Below are positions 28,282 through 38,841 of a DNA stretch of 64,000 bases, in pieces. The notes under the pieces are model-generated. The model saw nothing but the letters and a program-made list of their open reading frames with translations. It ran no database searches and had not been told where the DNA came from. Origin of the DNA: Deltaproteobacteria bacterium (GTDB taxonomy: Bacteria > Bdellovibrionota > JAJCYS01). The DNA lies in NCBI GenBank assembly GCA_029262815.1, contig JAJCYS010000029.1, forward strand, positions 9,837-73,836. Reading direction: 5' to 3'. The first letter of the stretch is position 1; every line of letters starts with the position of its first letter. A program made the translations under genes and the position numbers.

Positions 28282-29871
28282 TTAATCTGAGTAAGTCCAT
28301 GATTCGGATCCAACGATTTGATTAGCGAGCGTTGTTGAACGAAAAGCCGTATCTTTTCTGGGAAAATGTTTCCACAGATTTTGTTTAACTAAGGATAGCA
28401 TTTGAACTTTAGATAGATGATCATCGCCGTATAACGAAATAATTTTGGAAGGGTGATCAGTGAGTGCGTACGTGCTGATGGGTGTCATGCCAAATGGGGA
28501 AAAATAATGAATAAAAAATGTATGGGAATCTTCAGATTTTCTATGATATTTAGCAGTGTAGGTCTTGGTCTTAAAGTTGAATGTTGTAGTCATGGGATTT
28601 TGTTGAACGGTTTGGACGGCTACGCGGGCGTGATTTCTAAGTAATGTTGTTTCAAATCCATTATGATTTGTACTGTGTTTTGTAAGTTGTATCTGTGCAA
28701 ATGGAAATTTGTTAGTCACAAGGTAGGAATAGAGTGAGTCCATAGTCTTCCAGGCTGTATTTTGGTTTGATAAAATCTGGTCATATGGTTTTTTCAGATA
28801 GGTGTCCAACTCTTCTTTTGAAAGCCATTTCGAAGATGCCTCGAAGGTATCTACAGGGATACCCCTGTGATAAATATTGTATGTAAAGGTAACTTGTGCA
28901 ACTGTCTGTTTGTTTTTGGCCAGCGAACCTTTTTTTTGTTCAATTTTGATTTCTAGTTTCTTTTTAATCGGAAACGCATCGTTGGGAAAAAGAGGAGGGA
29001 GGAAGTTATAGGTATATGATTCAAATCCAAGTGAAGGATGGTCTCCAGATACGCTATCTTTATTTAAATATAACTCAATTCTGCTTAATGATTGTGTTTC
29101 ATGGAGCGACAGGAATGTATTTTTGCCTTTAAAATTGATTTCAGGAATGAGCTCTTGTTGGCGTTGGGTGACAAAAATATGGTTTGGTTCTCTAAAATTG
29201 ATGACTTGTTGACCGTGAGGAAAAATGAGGTTGTTTTCGATAAAATAATCCTTATTATTTGTCCGGTTGAAAATTCTCAGTAAATTATTGAAGGCATGCG
29301 GGATTCGAATCCGAGTCATATCAAATTTTTTATTTTTGTGTAAAAAAGTGAGATCTGTGATTACGGAACCTTGAACAAAATATTTCCCACTCATTTCTCT
29401 AGAGATTTGATTTTGAATCCAACGGGTATAGGGTGTCGAAAATGAATGTAGTTCTTTTCGATTAAATTTCGCTTGTAGCCTAGGGCTGTTTTGGTTGGAC
29501 GATCGAAAATCCTCCCAGAGTTGCTGAAAATTTGCATTTCGTAAATGTTGATCCAGTTTAAAAAACTCAGCCAGAACTCGTGTATTGATCGTCAAAGCTT
29601 TGTGATTAGAGTTTTGACTGAAATGTAGTTGCGTGATGTTGCCATTATCTGTTCCGAATTTGTTTTTTTCTAGTCTGTTATATTTAAAATTTGATTTGAG
29701 AAAGGTAGTTAAACCTTCTTCTGTGATGAGGTAATGCCCAAAAGGTCTGTTTTGAGAGAGTAGATCTGAAAGAGTGTAGAATGGAATTTCACATCCGTGA
29801 CTCCATGCGCTGTTACAGAAAAAATATAGCGCAAGTATCCAAACAGAAAATCTTTGACTCAAAAGAGGCAT
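28282..29871 (-). CDS. Hypothetical secreted protein (529 aa).
   Basis: Signal peptide MPLLSQRFSVWILALYFFCNSAWS. Convergent with the GH5 gene across a 10-bp gap. Confidence 0.5.
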   Translation of the reverse strand: MPLLSQRFSVWILALYFFCNSAWSHGCEIPFYTLSDLLSQNRPFGHYLITEEGLTTFLKSNFKYNRLEKNKFGTDNGNITQLHFSQNSNHKALTINTRVLAEFFKLDQHLRNANFQQLWEDFRSSNQNSPRLQAKFNRKELHSFSTPYTRWIQNQISREMSGKYFVQGSVITDLTFLHKNKKFDMTRIRIPHAFNNLLRIFNRTNNKDYFIENNLIFPHGQQVINFREPNHIFVTQRQQELIPEINFKGKNTFLSLHETQSLSRIELYLNKDSVSGDHPSLGFESYTYNFLPPLFPNDAFPIKKKLEIKIEQKKGSLAKNKQTVAQVTFTYNIYHRGIPVDTFEASSKWLSKEELDTYLKKPYDQILSNQNTAWKTMDSLYSYLVTNKFPFAQIQLTKHSTNHNGFETTLLRNHARVAVQTVQQNPMTTTFNFKTKTYTAKYHRKSEDSHTFFIHYFSPFGMTPISTYALTDHPSKIISLYGDDHLSKVQMLSLVKQNLWKHFPRKDTAFRSTTLANQIVGSESWTYSD

Positions 29872-30010
29872 CTGAGCTAGATATCATATGTGACTCCCAT
29901 TCAAGAAACAACGTGCTCATAGATTTTTTAGTTACGCTTTTAAATCAAAATGATATAATTCTATTATAGGTGGTCTATATCTTAATTTTTAGATCCCACT
30001 CCCATTCACT

Positions 30011-31006
30011 ATGAAACTAGATCTGAGATACATACTACTGACGGTGATACTTGCGTGTTTTAGCTCCCATGGATTGTCAAATAACTTACCAACAGAGCCT
30101 TCGCAGCCAGGTTCGGCAGATCAAATTGAAAAATCAAATAATCTGCCTGCGGATGAACTGCTGAATGACGAGGGGGGATTTAATTTTTTACCTTATCTTG
30201 TCTCCGGAGGCATTCTAACGCTTATTCTTTCATCCCACTACATTTGGTGGGATGAAGAGCCCGAATCTTTTCATTTTAAAGAATTCCATCCGATGCTAAG
30301 CAGAAGTTCTGATTCGGGGGGCACAGATAAATTTGGCCACATGTGGATGAATTACGTGCTTACTCGACTGGGGTCCAGGCTTATGTACCTCTTGGGTGCT
30401 GACCGTAAAGAAGCCATCATTTTCTCAGGTTTGACCGTTTTTGTAGGGTACACGCTGCTTGAGATTCAAGACGGATATACCGCTCATGGGTTTGATCCAG
30501 GTGATTTTTTGTTCAACAACTTTGGCATGCTGCTGGGTGTCATGAAAGAGATCTTTCCAGAGCTGGATAACTATTTTAGATTTCGAATGGGGTATTTTCC
30601 CAGTCGCCATTTTATTCGTGCTTTACATGCCAATGCGAAATCATGGTCTGATTTTCCTGAAGATTATGCAGGATTAACCTATTATTTTGACTTTATACTG
30701 CCTTTTGTTCCTTTTTTAACGGTTGGTTTACACTGGGTGACCAAAGGATATCAATGGCCAGATGAGGATCCGCCAGTTCCCTTTTCACGAAAAAAAGAGC
30801 GATTTTTAGGGGTTCATGTCGGCATTAATGGGTCTTATTTGATTCGAACATTCATGAATCCACGATTTATATCAACCAAGATCTTCTACTTTTTAGACCA
30901 ATTAATTGCCGTTCCCTTTTCGATGATCGAATTTAAATTTAGTTTAGACGAAAGCTCAAATCGGTTGACCTTCGGAATTAATTCACACATAGTTATCAAA
31001 ATATAA
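30011..31006 (+). CDS. Hypothetical secreted protein.
   Basis: Signal peptide MKLDLRYILLTVILACFSSHGLS. Confidence 0.5.
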   Translation: MKLDLRYILLTVILACFSSHGLSNNLPTEPSQPGSADQIEKSNNLPADELLNDEGGFNFLPYLVSGGILTLILSSHYIWWDEEPESFHFKEFHPMLSRSSDSGGTDKFGHMWMNYVLTRLGSRLMYLLGADRKEAIIFSGLTVFVGYTLLEIQDGYTAHGFDPGDFLFNNFGMLLGVMKEIFPELDNYFRFRMGYFPSRHFIRALHANAKSWSDFPEDYAGLTYYFDFILPFVPFLTVGLHWVTKGYQWPDEDPPVPFSRKKERFLGVHVGINGSYLIRTFMNPRFISTKIFYFLDQLIAVPFSMIEFKFSLDESSNRLTFGINSHIVIKI

Positions 31007-31150
31007 CCTCGTTTATTTATGAGACCGGTTCAAGCTATAATACTGTTGAGTTATTATGGGCAGTATTACATTTCACGCGTTGATATCTAGCCAATTTCCT
31101 AAACAGATGTTATTTTGGGGCGTTTCCGCTATTGAGTTGCTGGAGGCGTT

Positions 31151-31894
31151 ATGATTCAAAAAACAGTTTTTGTTTGCATGATTTCTTTAGGGACTGTTGC
31201 TACGGGTTATGCGTTTCATGAAGAAGCGGTGATAGAGTCCTTTCTATATGACAGCGCTTCAGGAAGCCCCCAAAATCGACTCTTTTTTGATGCCAACATG
31301 TTTCATATTTCATTGGCAGGAAAGCAGATTAAGGGCAAAAAAGTCGTTTCGGACATTCAGGCCTCTTTTCATGCAAGGTATGAGCGGAGTCTTGCCTCTC
31401 GTTTTGGGGCGATACTTGCGTCAAATCTTAAGTTCATACATTTTTCAAATGATGGTGCTCAAGCTACTTTAGCAAAAAACTACGACGCTGTTGCTCTGAG
31501 TGGTGGTATCGGGTTATTTGGTATTCCTACTGAGTGGCTAAAGGTCAATGCTGTAGTCACGTTCTTTCAGCAGTTTTTTTATGTAGGGTCACCTTTGGAA
31601 AATCGGGTATCATTTGATTTAAATTGGATGCCTCAGCTGGAACTTTCTCTACAAGCGTTGGTTGCCCGTCTGTCACTCTTCGAATTTCAAACGGGGGTAG
31701 AGGGATTTGTTCAAGCAGGTAGTAAATCACTAAGCTTCGGATACGGGTTTGGTGTTTGGGCTATGGCATTTTTTATGACATCAAAGGTTTTTTATCTTAA
31801 GGCGGCCTACCATTTGAAAAATTTTGAATTCCAATCATCTGACGAACGTTATGAAGATCTAGAGGTTGGACTGGGTATGCGGCTTCGCTTTTAA
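31151..31894 (+). CDS. Putative outer-membrane beta-barrel protein.
   Basis: Signal peptide. Alternating amphipathic strands. C-terminal aromatic residue (...GMRLRF) typical of OMP signatures. Confidence 0.45.
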   Translation: MIQKTVFVCMISLGTVATGYAFHEEAVIESFLYDSASGSPQNRLFFDANMFHISLAGKQIKGKKVVSDIQASFHARYERSLASRFGAILASNLKFIHFSNDGAQATLAKNYDAVALSGGIGLFGIPTEWLKVNAVVTFFQQFFYVGSPLENRVSFDLNWMPQLELSLQALVARLSLFEFQTGVEGFVQAGSKSLSFGYGFGVWAMAFFMTSKVFYLKAAYHLKNFEFQSSDERYEDLEVGLGMRLRF

Positions 31895-31984
31895 TACATC
31901 CTCAAGACCCCAAAACCAATCATAATATGAATCAAGTAAAGTTTTCCTCCCGCAATGCCGACACGTGCATAAGGGAGAGGTCTT

Positions 31985-32551
31985 ATGAAAAAAATTATCT
32001 TGAGTCTTTCAATTGTGATAGTAGGGTTTGGATTAGGTAAGACTGGGTATGCCAAAAAAGATCCCATCGATGATGTGCTTGCCCAGAAAGCAATCAGCAT
32101 TCGACAGAACGTATTACTTAGATACAGTGAGTTGATGACTTTGGGAAGCGTGTCCAATAGTAAAGCTCGTGTTGTATTACTAGATAAATTTGATCAATCT
32201 TTGGCTCAAGCCCAAAAGAACAAAGATTATGATCGTGCAATTGGGTATACGGAAATGGTGTTGACATTGGTGAGGGCATACCACGTATTCAAAAATTACG
32301 CAGTGCATTTAACGTTTACGGATATTCATCCTGATGCTATTGAAGATGTGAAGAAAGCTGCAATTAAAGTGGGACAACTTGTGGATCCCATTATGCGAAG
32401 AGCTTTTTATTTATTACATGACGTGAGAAAAGACAATGATGTGCCTGTCTTTCAATTGGGATTTTATGTAAATTTAATCAATCGGTTGAATGAAACAATG
32501 GATGTGTTTCCAAGCGAGCTCGAGGTGTACATACTCCAATCTGCCCGATAA
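31985..32551 (+). CDS. Hypothetical secreted protein.
   Basis: Signal peptide MKKIILSLSIVIVGFGLGKTGYA. Confidence 0.5.
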   Translation: MKKIILSLSIVIVGFGLGKTGYAKKDPIDDVLAQKAISIRQNVLLRYSELMTLGSVSNSKARVVLLDKFDQSLAQAQKNKDYDRAIGYTEMVLTLVRAYHVFKNYAVHLTFTDIHPDAIEDVKKAAIKVGQLVDPIMRRAFYLLHDVRKDNDVPVFQLGFYVNLINRLNETMDVFPSELEVYILQSAR

Positions 32552-32662
32552 TTCGTTTGCCATCCCTACTCTTCCTTGTCATCCCTTGTGCATGTTAGAT
32601 AATTCGATGACAATTGGGAGGGATTGCTTTGGTACGATCCCCATGCTTTTAACAATACTTGT

Positions 32663-32691
32663 CAACGAATTACCTAACCTTTACAATTGCG
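32663..32691 (+). promoter_or_regulatory. Sigma70-like promoter upstream of the 32782 gene.
   Basis: TTGTCA, then a 17-nt spacer, then TACAAT. Confidence 0.4.
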
Positions 32692-32781
32692 AGGAGGGCC
32701 GAGGGCACTTGTGCCCCGGTCTGACGAAGCAATCTGCTCTTGCTTCCTTGGCACAGATAATGATATGGTTCTGAGCTCCAA

Positions 32782-33825
32782 GTGCAAGTGAGGTCATGTA
32801 TGGCGTATTTTCGAGCAAGTGTAGTAGGGTTCATGTTTTTGCTGAGTTATGCTTTTCCGGCATTATCCTGTGGACCCGCGTTCGAAAATCAGTTGGATTC
32901 ACTGCTTAAACAATTCCATGAAACACCAAAAGTACTTCGTTTGAGAGATGCCTTAGTTGCCGCTGCGATTGAATATCAAAAAATTTTTCAAGATATTGTT
33001 CAGATTCAGGACGGTCATATCGTATTAGGTCATGCCAAAAAACAAGCCACACACCTCCCACAAAAGCTTCAAGCATGGGAGGTGCTTCAACCGTCGGGTC
33101 CAATTCGAATTTTAGGTGAACTAGGATATGGCGCAGATGAAGTACATATGGAATTGAAGGGTCGGACTCAAAATGTCTACAAAATTGGCGATTATTATGT
33201 TCGGCCTTTTTTACCTATGTACGCTCAAAAATCATCCTTTGATTCATTTCGTAAGATACTAGCTGCACAGAATCTACGTAAGATCACAGCGATAAACGTG
33301 GTATCTGAGACGATTCTAAGTTTTGTAACCGGTCGTATTTCCAAAATCATTAAGGAAGATGGCTCAGTTGTTAAAGGTGAATGGGATGTGAGGAAACTCA
33401 AAGCTTCAGCCACCAAAGAGATTACAGGCCCACTGCGAGGACTTTTAAATATGGATCATTCGATTGCGTCAGTGGCTGATGAAAAATCTCTTTCGAATTT
33501 TATGGTGTTTCATTTTTTGGTAGGACACTGGAATCTTAAAGAACATAATGTGCTTCGTGATATTAGCATGGTTAAAGGGGTAGATTACGGGGAAGCATTT
33601 CCCGTGTCGTTTAATCTGATGGCCTACGCGTTTTCTGCTATCAACTTGCCAGACCAGGTAACATCCGAAATGGTGAAGGCCATTGAGCACTTGTCCCCCT
33701 CTAATATCGGGCAGCGACAAGTCCTGCTGGCATACATGACCCAGCCAGAGTTATATCAGTTGGCTTATCAGCACTTAGTTTTGAAGCACCTGCTAAATTC
33801 TGGTCAATTTAAAATTTTAGAATAG
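32782..33825 (+). CDS. Hypothetical protein.
   Basis: Long ORF. N-terminal hydrophobic segment. No confident family. Confidence 0.5.
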   Translation: MQVRSCMAYFRASVVGFMFLLSYAFPALSCGPAFENQLDSLLKQFHETPKVLRLRDALVAAAIEYQKIFQDIVQIQDGHIVLGHAKKQATHLPQKLQAWEVLQPSGPIRILGELGYGADEVHMELKGRTQNVYKIGDYYVRPFLPMYAQKSSFDSFRKILAAQNLRKITAINVVSETILSFVTGRISKIIKEDGSVVKGEWDVRKLKASATKEITGPLRGLLNMDHSIASVADEKSLSNFMVFHFLVGHWNLKEHNVLRDISMVKGVDYGEAFPVSFNLMAYAFSAINLPDQVTSEMVKAIEHLSPSNIGQRQVLLAYMTQPELYQLAYQHLVLKHLLNSGQFKILE

Positions 33826-33833
33826 AATGAATC

Positions 33834-34883
33834 TTATCGAAAGAAATAATAGTCATCCATTTCAGGATAAAGCTCCGTATACGTGACCATGATTTTGTAG
33901 GCCTCAAAAAGTAATTCGAGCGCTTCCTTTGAGTTATAGGGTCCACCCGTGACGAATTTTTGGGTGAGCTTTTGTGTCAATTCGGGTTGCTCATAAAAAA
34001 AGCGTTGAGCAGCCGGATTCACAAAATGGCTTGGGCTAATCTTGTCGCCACGAGTGAAAAACATATAGAAATTATTTGGCCCGTCCAATTCACCGTCTTG
34101 CGTAAAAGCCTCAAACGATCGTGCGTAGGTATGTGTCGTGTTTGGTGTGTCCAATGCGTTATTGCAAAGTTCATACTCAGAGCGAAACAAAGGCCAGCCT
34201 TGTTTCCAAAAATACCAAGGTGCTTTCTTCGTAGCGGGCCCGTCCGTCGCGAGATGCGCCATAAATAAATCAAGAGCGACTAAAGAATGCCATGCAACCT
34301 CGACGCTATGTTCACCAACTGCGAATCTCATTTCAGTTTGGATCGTATCTTTATACTTGTGGGTTAATGTTTGAGCAGTTGTTAAAAATTCAGGCACATG
34401 TTCAGGGTTTCGAACTATAAAAAGCATGAGTGTGAGGTAGGCATTCACATCTTCTAAATATCCTTGCTTCACAGGGTGATGTTTTTCAGAGAATTTTTGC
34501 ATGAACGAATTCTTGGGGTACGTAACTAAGCCAGCTCCTTGAGAGCTCCATGTTGATAGTCTATTCATATTACTGATGAGCCATTTAGCGTAACTCGACT
34601 CTAAATTGGAAGTACTGCCTGTGTAGAGTTCAATCATTTTATTTGTGACTGCAGGATCTGTTGTCAATGGCTGTTGAAATGTCCACAAAATCCCACGGAC
34701 AACCAATCGTCGTTCCAATTCAGATTTGGCACCTGGAATTACAATAGTGCTCATTCGATCTTGTTCTAATTGAAGCAACTTTTCTGGATCATGCATCCCG
34801 CACGTGACTTGTTGAACACTGCCATGAGAATGAGGAGAAAGCCCGACTAGAGCTATTAATATGAATAATTGATTGAGTTTCAT
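33834..34883 (-). CDS. Hypothetical secreted protein.
   Basis: Signal peptide MKLNQLFILIALVGLSPHSHG. Confidence 0.5.
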   Translation of the reverse strand: MKLNQLFILIALVGLSPHSHGSVQQVTCGMHDPEKLLQLEQDRMSTIVIPGAKSELERRLVVRGILWTFQQPLTTDPAVTNKMIELYTGSTSNLESSYAKWLISNMNRLSTWSSQGAGLVTYPKNSFMQKFSEKHHPVKQGYLEDVNAYLTLMLFIVRNPEHVPEFLTTAQTLTHKYKDTIQTEMRFAVGEHSVEVAWHSLVALDLFMAHLATDGPATKKAPWYFWKQGWPLFRSEYELCNNALDTPNTTHTYARSFEAFTQDGELDGPNNFYMFFTRGDKISPSHFVNPAAQRFFYEQPELTQKLTQKFVTGGPYNSKEALELLFEAYKIMVTYTELYPEMDDYYFFR

Positions 34884-35079
34884 ACAGCAGCATTAAAACT
34901 AAATCATTGTAATTCATTTGTCAAATTAATTAATTAATTAATGATTAGAAGGAGTTGAATTAAAAAAATTACATCATATTCGATAGATGTGCAAGATTTC
35001 ACGTATGTGGGGTCGGTTTCAGACATTTGCAATTGAATGCTTCTTCTGCCTTCTATATAGTAAATAGTATACAGTGAAT

Positions 35080-35109
35080 GGGTAGGTATGTTGTTCATCA
35101 TACCTACCC
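35080..35109 (+). promoter_or_regulatory. 11-bp perfect hairpin in the 5' UTR of the propeller/CCP gene.
   Basis: The stem is gggtaggtatg, the loop ttgttcat, then catacctaccc. It lies 22 nt upstream of the AAGGAGG Shine-Dalgarno and ATG at 35132. Confidence 0.45.
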
Positions 35110-35131
35110 AAACCCTCACAAGGAGGATCGG

Positions 35132-37705
35132 ATGCCTCGTCGTATTTTTGTTTCCATCGTCGTTATTTTAATGATTGCCATCATGAGGATCTCTGCCTGT
35201 GGCAGTAAATCGTCTTCGCGAAAAGCAGTTCGGAATATTGCCTCTACAGATAATAATAATAACCAAAACCAAAATGGTAAATTGGGAGGCGGCATCCCTG
35301 TTCAATCGGGTGAAGAGGGTGATATAAAAGAAGGCCGATACCCCAGTCAATGCGGCAATATCCAAATATCGGATGATGACAAATATCTTTTTGTCGTTAA
35401 CAAAACCAAAAGCGGTGAGTATAAAGAGGACGCGCCTGGATCCTTGTCTGTTTTTCGTGTAAGTGAAAAAGGAAAGGATGATAACTCTCTTGTAGAAGAA
35501 GTCGGTGTCGGTGAAGATCCGTACAGTGTTTCGGTCTTACCTAACAAAAGTCGTGCGTACGTTACCAACGGAGCCGACAACAATGTCAGTGTGATTGATC
35601 TCAGAACCTCTAAAGAAATCAAAAAAATTCCAGTCGGTTCTGAACCTCGATGTTCTGCGTTGTCTCCGAGTGGAAAAATGTTGTATGTTTCCAATCATTC
35701 GGATGGAACCGTTTCTGTCATCGACACGGGTAGTACGCGCGTAATTAAAACCATCGATCTTCAACTAAATCAAGTCAGAATCAAAAATCCCTACGCCCTG
35801 AGTGTGACAAATAATAAAGACGAAAGTGATGCAGATGAAAAAGTATATGTAGCTGATTTTTATGCTCGAGGCCGAGCTTCCGTACCCATCGATCAACGAG
35901 AAGCAACCGACAATGGAAAAGAAGCGCGTATTGCAGTCATCGAGGCAAGTCAAAACAGTATGGCCCGTATTATCATGCTTAGCCCATTACCTGGTAATGT
36001 GGTTGGATTCCCAGGAGATCGGTCAAAATTTTCTGTACAAGGGTCAGAGCACCCGATTTTTAAAGCAAAAGGGGCCGACCCCACTAAGGAACTCCAAGGG
36101 GCGTTTTTTAACCAACTGTATCATTTTGCACTCGATCCTGAGTCAGACATGATGTACGTACCAGCCATTGGAGCCGCACCCGCGCCACCCGTAAAATTTA
36201 ATGTAAATATCCAGGCCCTTGTGGGGGTTGTAGATACTGCCAGTGATCAAGAAATCACCTCACTGCATCGCAATCTCAATAATTTAATTAAAGTTGAAAA
36301 AGATCCAGAACCCCCGTTTATTCCAGATAATGCTGCACGACTCGATCGCGCATTTATGGCTGATACGATAGCCTTGGCTATCCGAAAAGGCACAGCCCTA
36401 TTTGTCAGTCGTGGGGGGAGTTATGTCTTGCGAGCTGCTATCGGGAATGATGGCAGCATGAAATTAGAACAAAATAGCCGAGGTGCGGGTATTCGATTAG
36501 CCGTCGGCAATATTCCGACCGGCATTGTCATGAATAGCTCAGGAACACGGGCTTATATAAACGCCGAAGTGTCACAAACCGTTACGACACTTGATCTTGA
36601 GAAAAATGATGTCATGAGTACGTTTAGGAGTGCCGATTTACCTCCACCTGGATCGGAAGCGCATATGATCCTAATTGGAAAGTTAGCCTTTTTTACGGGT
36701 ATGGGCTTATCTCCCGAAAATTTAGTGAAAGCTGACGTCAGAAAGATTGATACCCACACGTTTCGAAATTTAGCATCCAACCATAACTGGAGTTCCTGCG
36801 CATCCTGTCATCCTGGCGGGTTAGCCGACGGTGTGACCTGGTTGTTTCCGACGGGACCTCGTCAGACGCCAGCGCTTGATGGCACGTTTGCCCTGAAGGA
36901 TCCCAATGATCAACGGGTACTCAATTGGAATGCAGTACGGGGTAGTGTGACGGATTTTAATAACAACGCCAGAAATATCCAAGGTGGGTTTGGATTTTCA
37001 ATTGATGCCGCACGGAAAGTTCAAATACCGGGTAACGACAAAGGCAGTGTGGAAGATGCAAAGATTGTTGAAAATCATGGCCCTGACCATAAAACAAAAT
37101 TTGGAAACCGAACGGGTTATTCTGATTCATTAAACCTGATGACCCTCTGGGTCCAGAAAGGCATTCGGACACCTAATCGTCCCTCAACCCTAAATGCACA
37201 ACTAGTAAACGCCGGTCGCGGGTTATTTAAAGTACATTGTGCGTCTTGTCATGGAGGCGCTAAATGGACTTCATCTCAAATTCAATGGACCAATCCAATT
37301 CGTAAGGGTGGGCAGCCGCTACCACCTGAAGCTGACAAGGTTCAGTTTATAAAACCAGAGCTACCGGTCATTGTGAAATTCGTCGGTGGTGTTCAATCAA
37401 CCGATATTATTATGAACATTGGAACATTGGATCTCACTAATGTAATCGAGTTTAGAGGTGCAGGGAAAGGTATTGGAAAACGATCTGTGCCACCGCCAGG
37501 ATCTTTTAACTCACCGTCCCTTTTGGGTGTGGCAAGCACGGGCCCGTATGGTCATCACGGTCGAGCCAAATCGTTGATTGATGTATTTCGAGCGAGAACG
37601 CCACAAGGGGGATTGGGTCACCCAGCTTTTGGATTGAGTGGGAATCAATTATCCGCTGTTGTGGAGTTTATTAGGGCCATTGACGAGAAAGAACCACCGC
37701 TTTAA
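35132..37705 (+). CDS. Lipoprotein fusing a YVTN beta-propeller to a C-terminal di-haem cytochrome c peroxidase (CCP/MauG-like) domain.
   Basis: Lipobox ISAC. YVTNGADNNVSVIDL...LYVSNHSDGTVSVIDT are YVTN repeats. Two CXXCH motifs (SCASCHPGG and HCASCHGGAKW). The C-terminal NSPSLLGVASTGPYGHHGRA matches the CCP PSLRNV..T.PYFHDG motif. The start is set at the Met with a perfect Shine-Dalgarno, not the ORF-track start at 35078. Confidence 0.75.
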   Translation: MPRRIFVSIVVILMIAIMRISACGSKSSSRKAVRNIASTDNNNNQNQNGKLGGGIPVQSGEEGDIKEGRYPSQCGNIQISDDDKYLFVVNKTKSGEYKEDAPGSLSVFRVSEKGKDDNSLVEEVGVGEDPYSVSVLPNKSRAYVTNGADNNVSVIDLRTSKEIKKIPVGSEPRCSALSPSGKMLYVSNHSDGTVSVIDTGSTRVIKTIDLQLNQVRIKNPYALSVTNNKDESDADEKVYVADFYARGRASVPIDQREATDNGKEARIAVIEASQNSMARIIMLSPLPGNVVGFPGDRSKFSVQGSEHPIFKAKGADPTKELQGAFFNQLYHFALDPESDMMYVPAIGAAPAPPVKFNVNIQALVGVVDTASDQEITSLHRNLNNLIKVEKDPEPPFIPDNAARLDRAFMADTIALAIRKGTALFVSRGGSYVLRAAIGNDGSMKLEQNSRGAGIRLAVGNIPTGIVMNSSGTRAYINAEVSQTVTTLDLEKNDVMSTFRSADLPPPGSEAHMILIGKLAFFTGMGLSPENLVKADVRKIDTHTFRNLASNHNWSSCASCHPGGLADGVTWLFPTGPRQTPALDGTFALKDPNDQRVLNWNAVRGSVTDFNNNARNIQGGFGFSIDAARKVQIPGNDKGSVEDAKIVENHGPDHKTKFGNRTGYSDSLNLMTLWVQKGIRTPNRPSTLNAQLVNAGRGLFKVHCASCHGGAKWTSSQIQWTNPIRKGGQPLPPEADKVQFIKPELPVIVKFVGGVQSTDIIMNIGTLDLTNVIEFRGAGKGIGKRSVPPPGSFNSPSLLGVASTGPYGHHGRAKSLIDVFRARTPQGGLGHPAFGLSGNQLSAVVEFIRAIDEKEPPL

Positions 37706-37707
37706 AT

Positions 37708-38811
37708 TTACAAATTGGATTTCCAATAGGTGGGGTTGACCAAAATACCATCCGTCATGTTCACTTTGGCCACGTTCACCTTTTGAATATTGAGGGCTTC
37801 CATATAGCCTAATACGAGAATCAGGTTTGATATTTCCGTGCTGGCATATTTGGATCCTATCGCTTCATCGGATAACCCTAGACGTCGATGTAAGGTGTCA
37901 CGGACTTCCTTTTGGGTGAATGACTTTGAGTCACTGTTTACTTGGTTTCGAATGCTGTAATAATGAACCCCGCCAATGCCTAGGATTTCTGAATTTGAAA
38001 GTTTTGCTTTCAAATCTTGTGAGGTTGTTTTTAATGCATGTGCTTTGGCATGTTCAAGGGCTGCTGCTGCGTCGCTTTGAAAAATAGGATTGGGCGTCGC
38101 TCGCGTTTCTTTGCGTTGAATATGTTTTAGGATGTAATCTTTGAACGTGACTGATGCCAGACTTCCTTTGTGCACACTTAATTTTTCTGAGATTGAAGCA
38201 GAAAGTTGCATACTGCCACCACCGATATCCCAAACTACAAGTGGCTTCCCATTGTTTTTCACTTTTCCGGCTGCACCATAATAGCCAATTTCGCCTTCAT
38301 CTTGTTGAGAAATAATTTTAATACGTAATCCGAGTTCACGATAAGCTCGCTCTAAAAATATTTTTGGATTTCGAGCATGTCGAAATGCCGAAGTGGCAAC
38401 TGCAGCAAATGTTTTTGCGCCAAGTGAGACGGCTTGTGCTTTGAATGTTGTTAACACTTTCATCCCACGATCTATTATTTCTTGGCTGAACTTTCGGTCT
38501 TTTGAAGCTGACAAATCGGATTTATAGGGTACTTTTTCTTTTGCCTCGCCCAACACTTTCAGAATGGTATGTCGGCAGGTATCCACAAGTGCAACCGTCA
38601 TTTTAGTGGTACCTGATCCGATGTCAAATGCCGCACGTTTGGCAATACAGGTAGGGATTGTTTTGACTTGAGTGTATGTGATGGCATAGCCGATCAGGCT
38701 AAACAAAACGATCGTAATGAATCCGGTTACCAGGCGTTTTCCATTCATGGGGTTGGCTCCTAAGGATATTGGCGTATTTGTATATCTAGTGCATTCTTGT
38801 TCAAACATCAA
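37708..38811 (-). CDS. ppx: Ppx/GppA-family phosphatase (exopolyphosphatase/pppGpp phosphohydrolase).
   Basis: FDIGSGTTKMTVALVD and VWDIGGGSMQLS are ASKHA-fold phosphate-binding motifs typical of Ppx/GppA. N-terminal transmembrane anchor. Confidence 0.75.
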   Translation of the reverse strand: MMFEQECTRYTNTPISLGANPMNGKRLVTGFITIVLFSLIGYAITYTQVKTIPTCIAKRAAFDIGSGTTKMTVALVDTCRHTILKVLGEAKEKVPYKSDLSASKDRKFSQEIIDRGMKVLTTFKAQAVSLGAKTFAAVATSAFRHARNPKIFLERAYRELGLRIKIISQQDEGEIGYYGAAGKVKNNGKPLVVWDIGGGSMQLSASISEKLSVHKGSLASVTFKDYILKHIQRKETRATPNPIFQSDAAAALEHAKAHALKTTSQDLKAKLSNSEILGIGGVHYYSIRNQVNSDSKSFTQKEVRDTLHRRLGLSDEAIGSKYASTEISNLILVLGYMEALNIQKVNVAKVNMTDGILVNPTYWKSNL

Positions 38812-38841
38812 TTAAAAAAGCGATTAACTTCAGATTACTGC

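Noticed and set aside
32782-33825. Possible atypical kinase-like motif (FHFLVGHWNLKEHNVL) in the 347-aa hypothetical protein.
   Set aside because: It is only a loose H..N resemblance with no upstream ATP-binding Lys/Gly-loop pattern that I can see. This is insufficient for a call.
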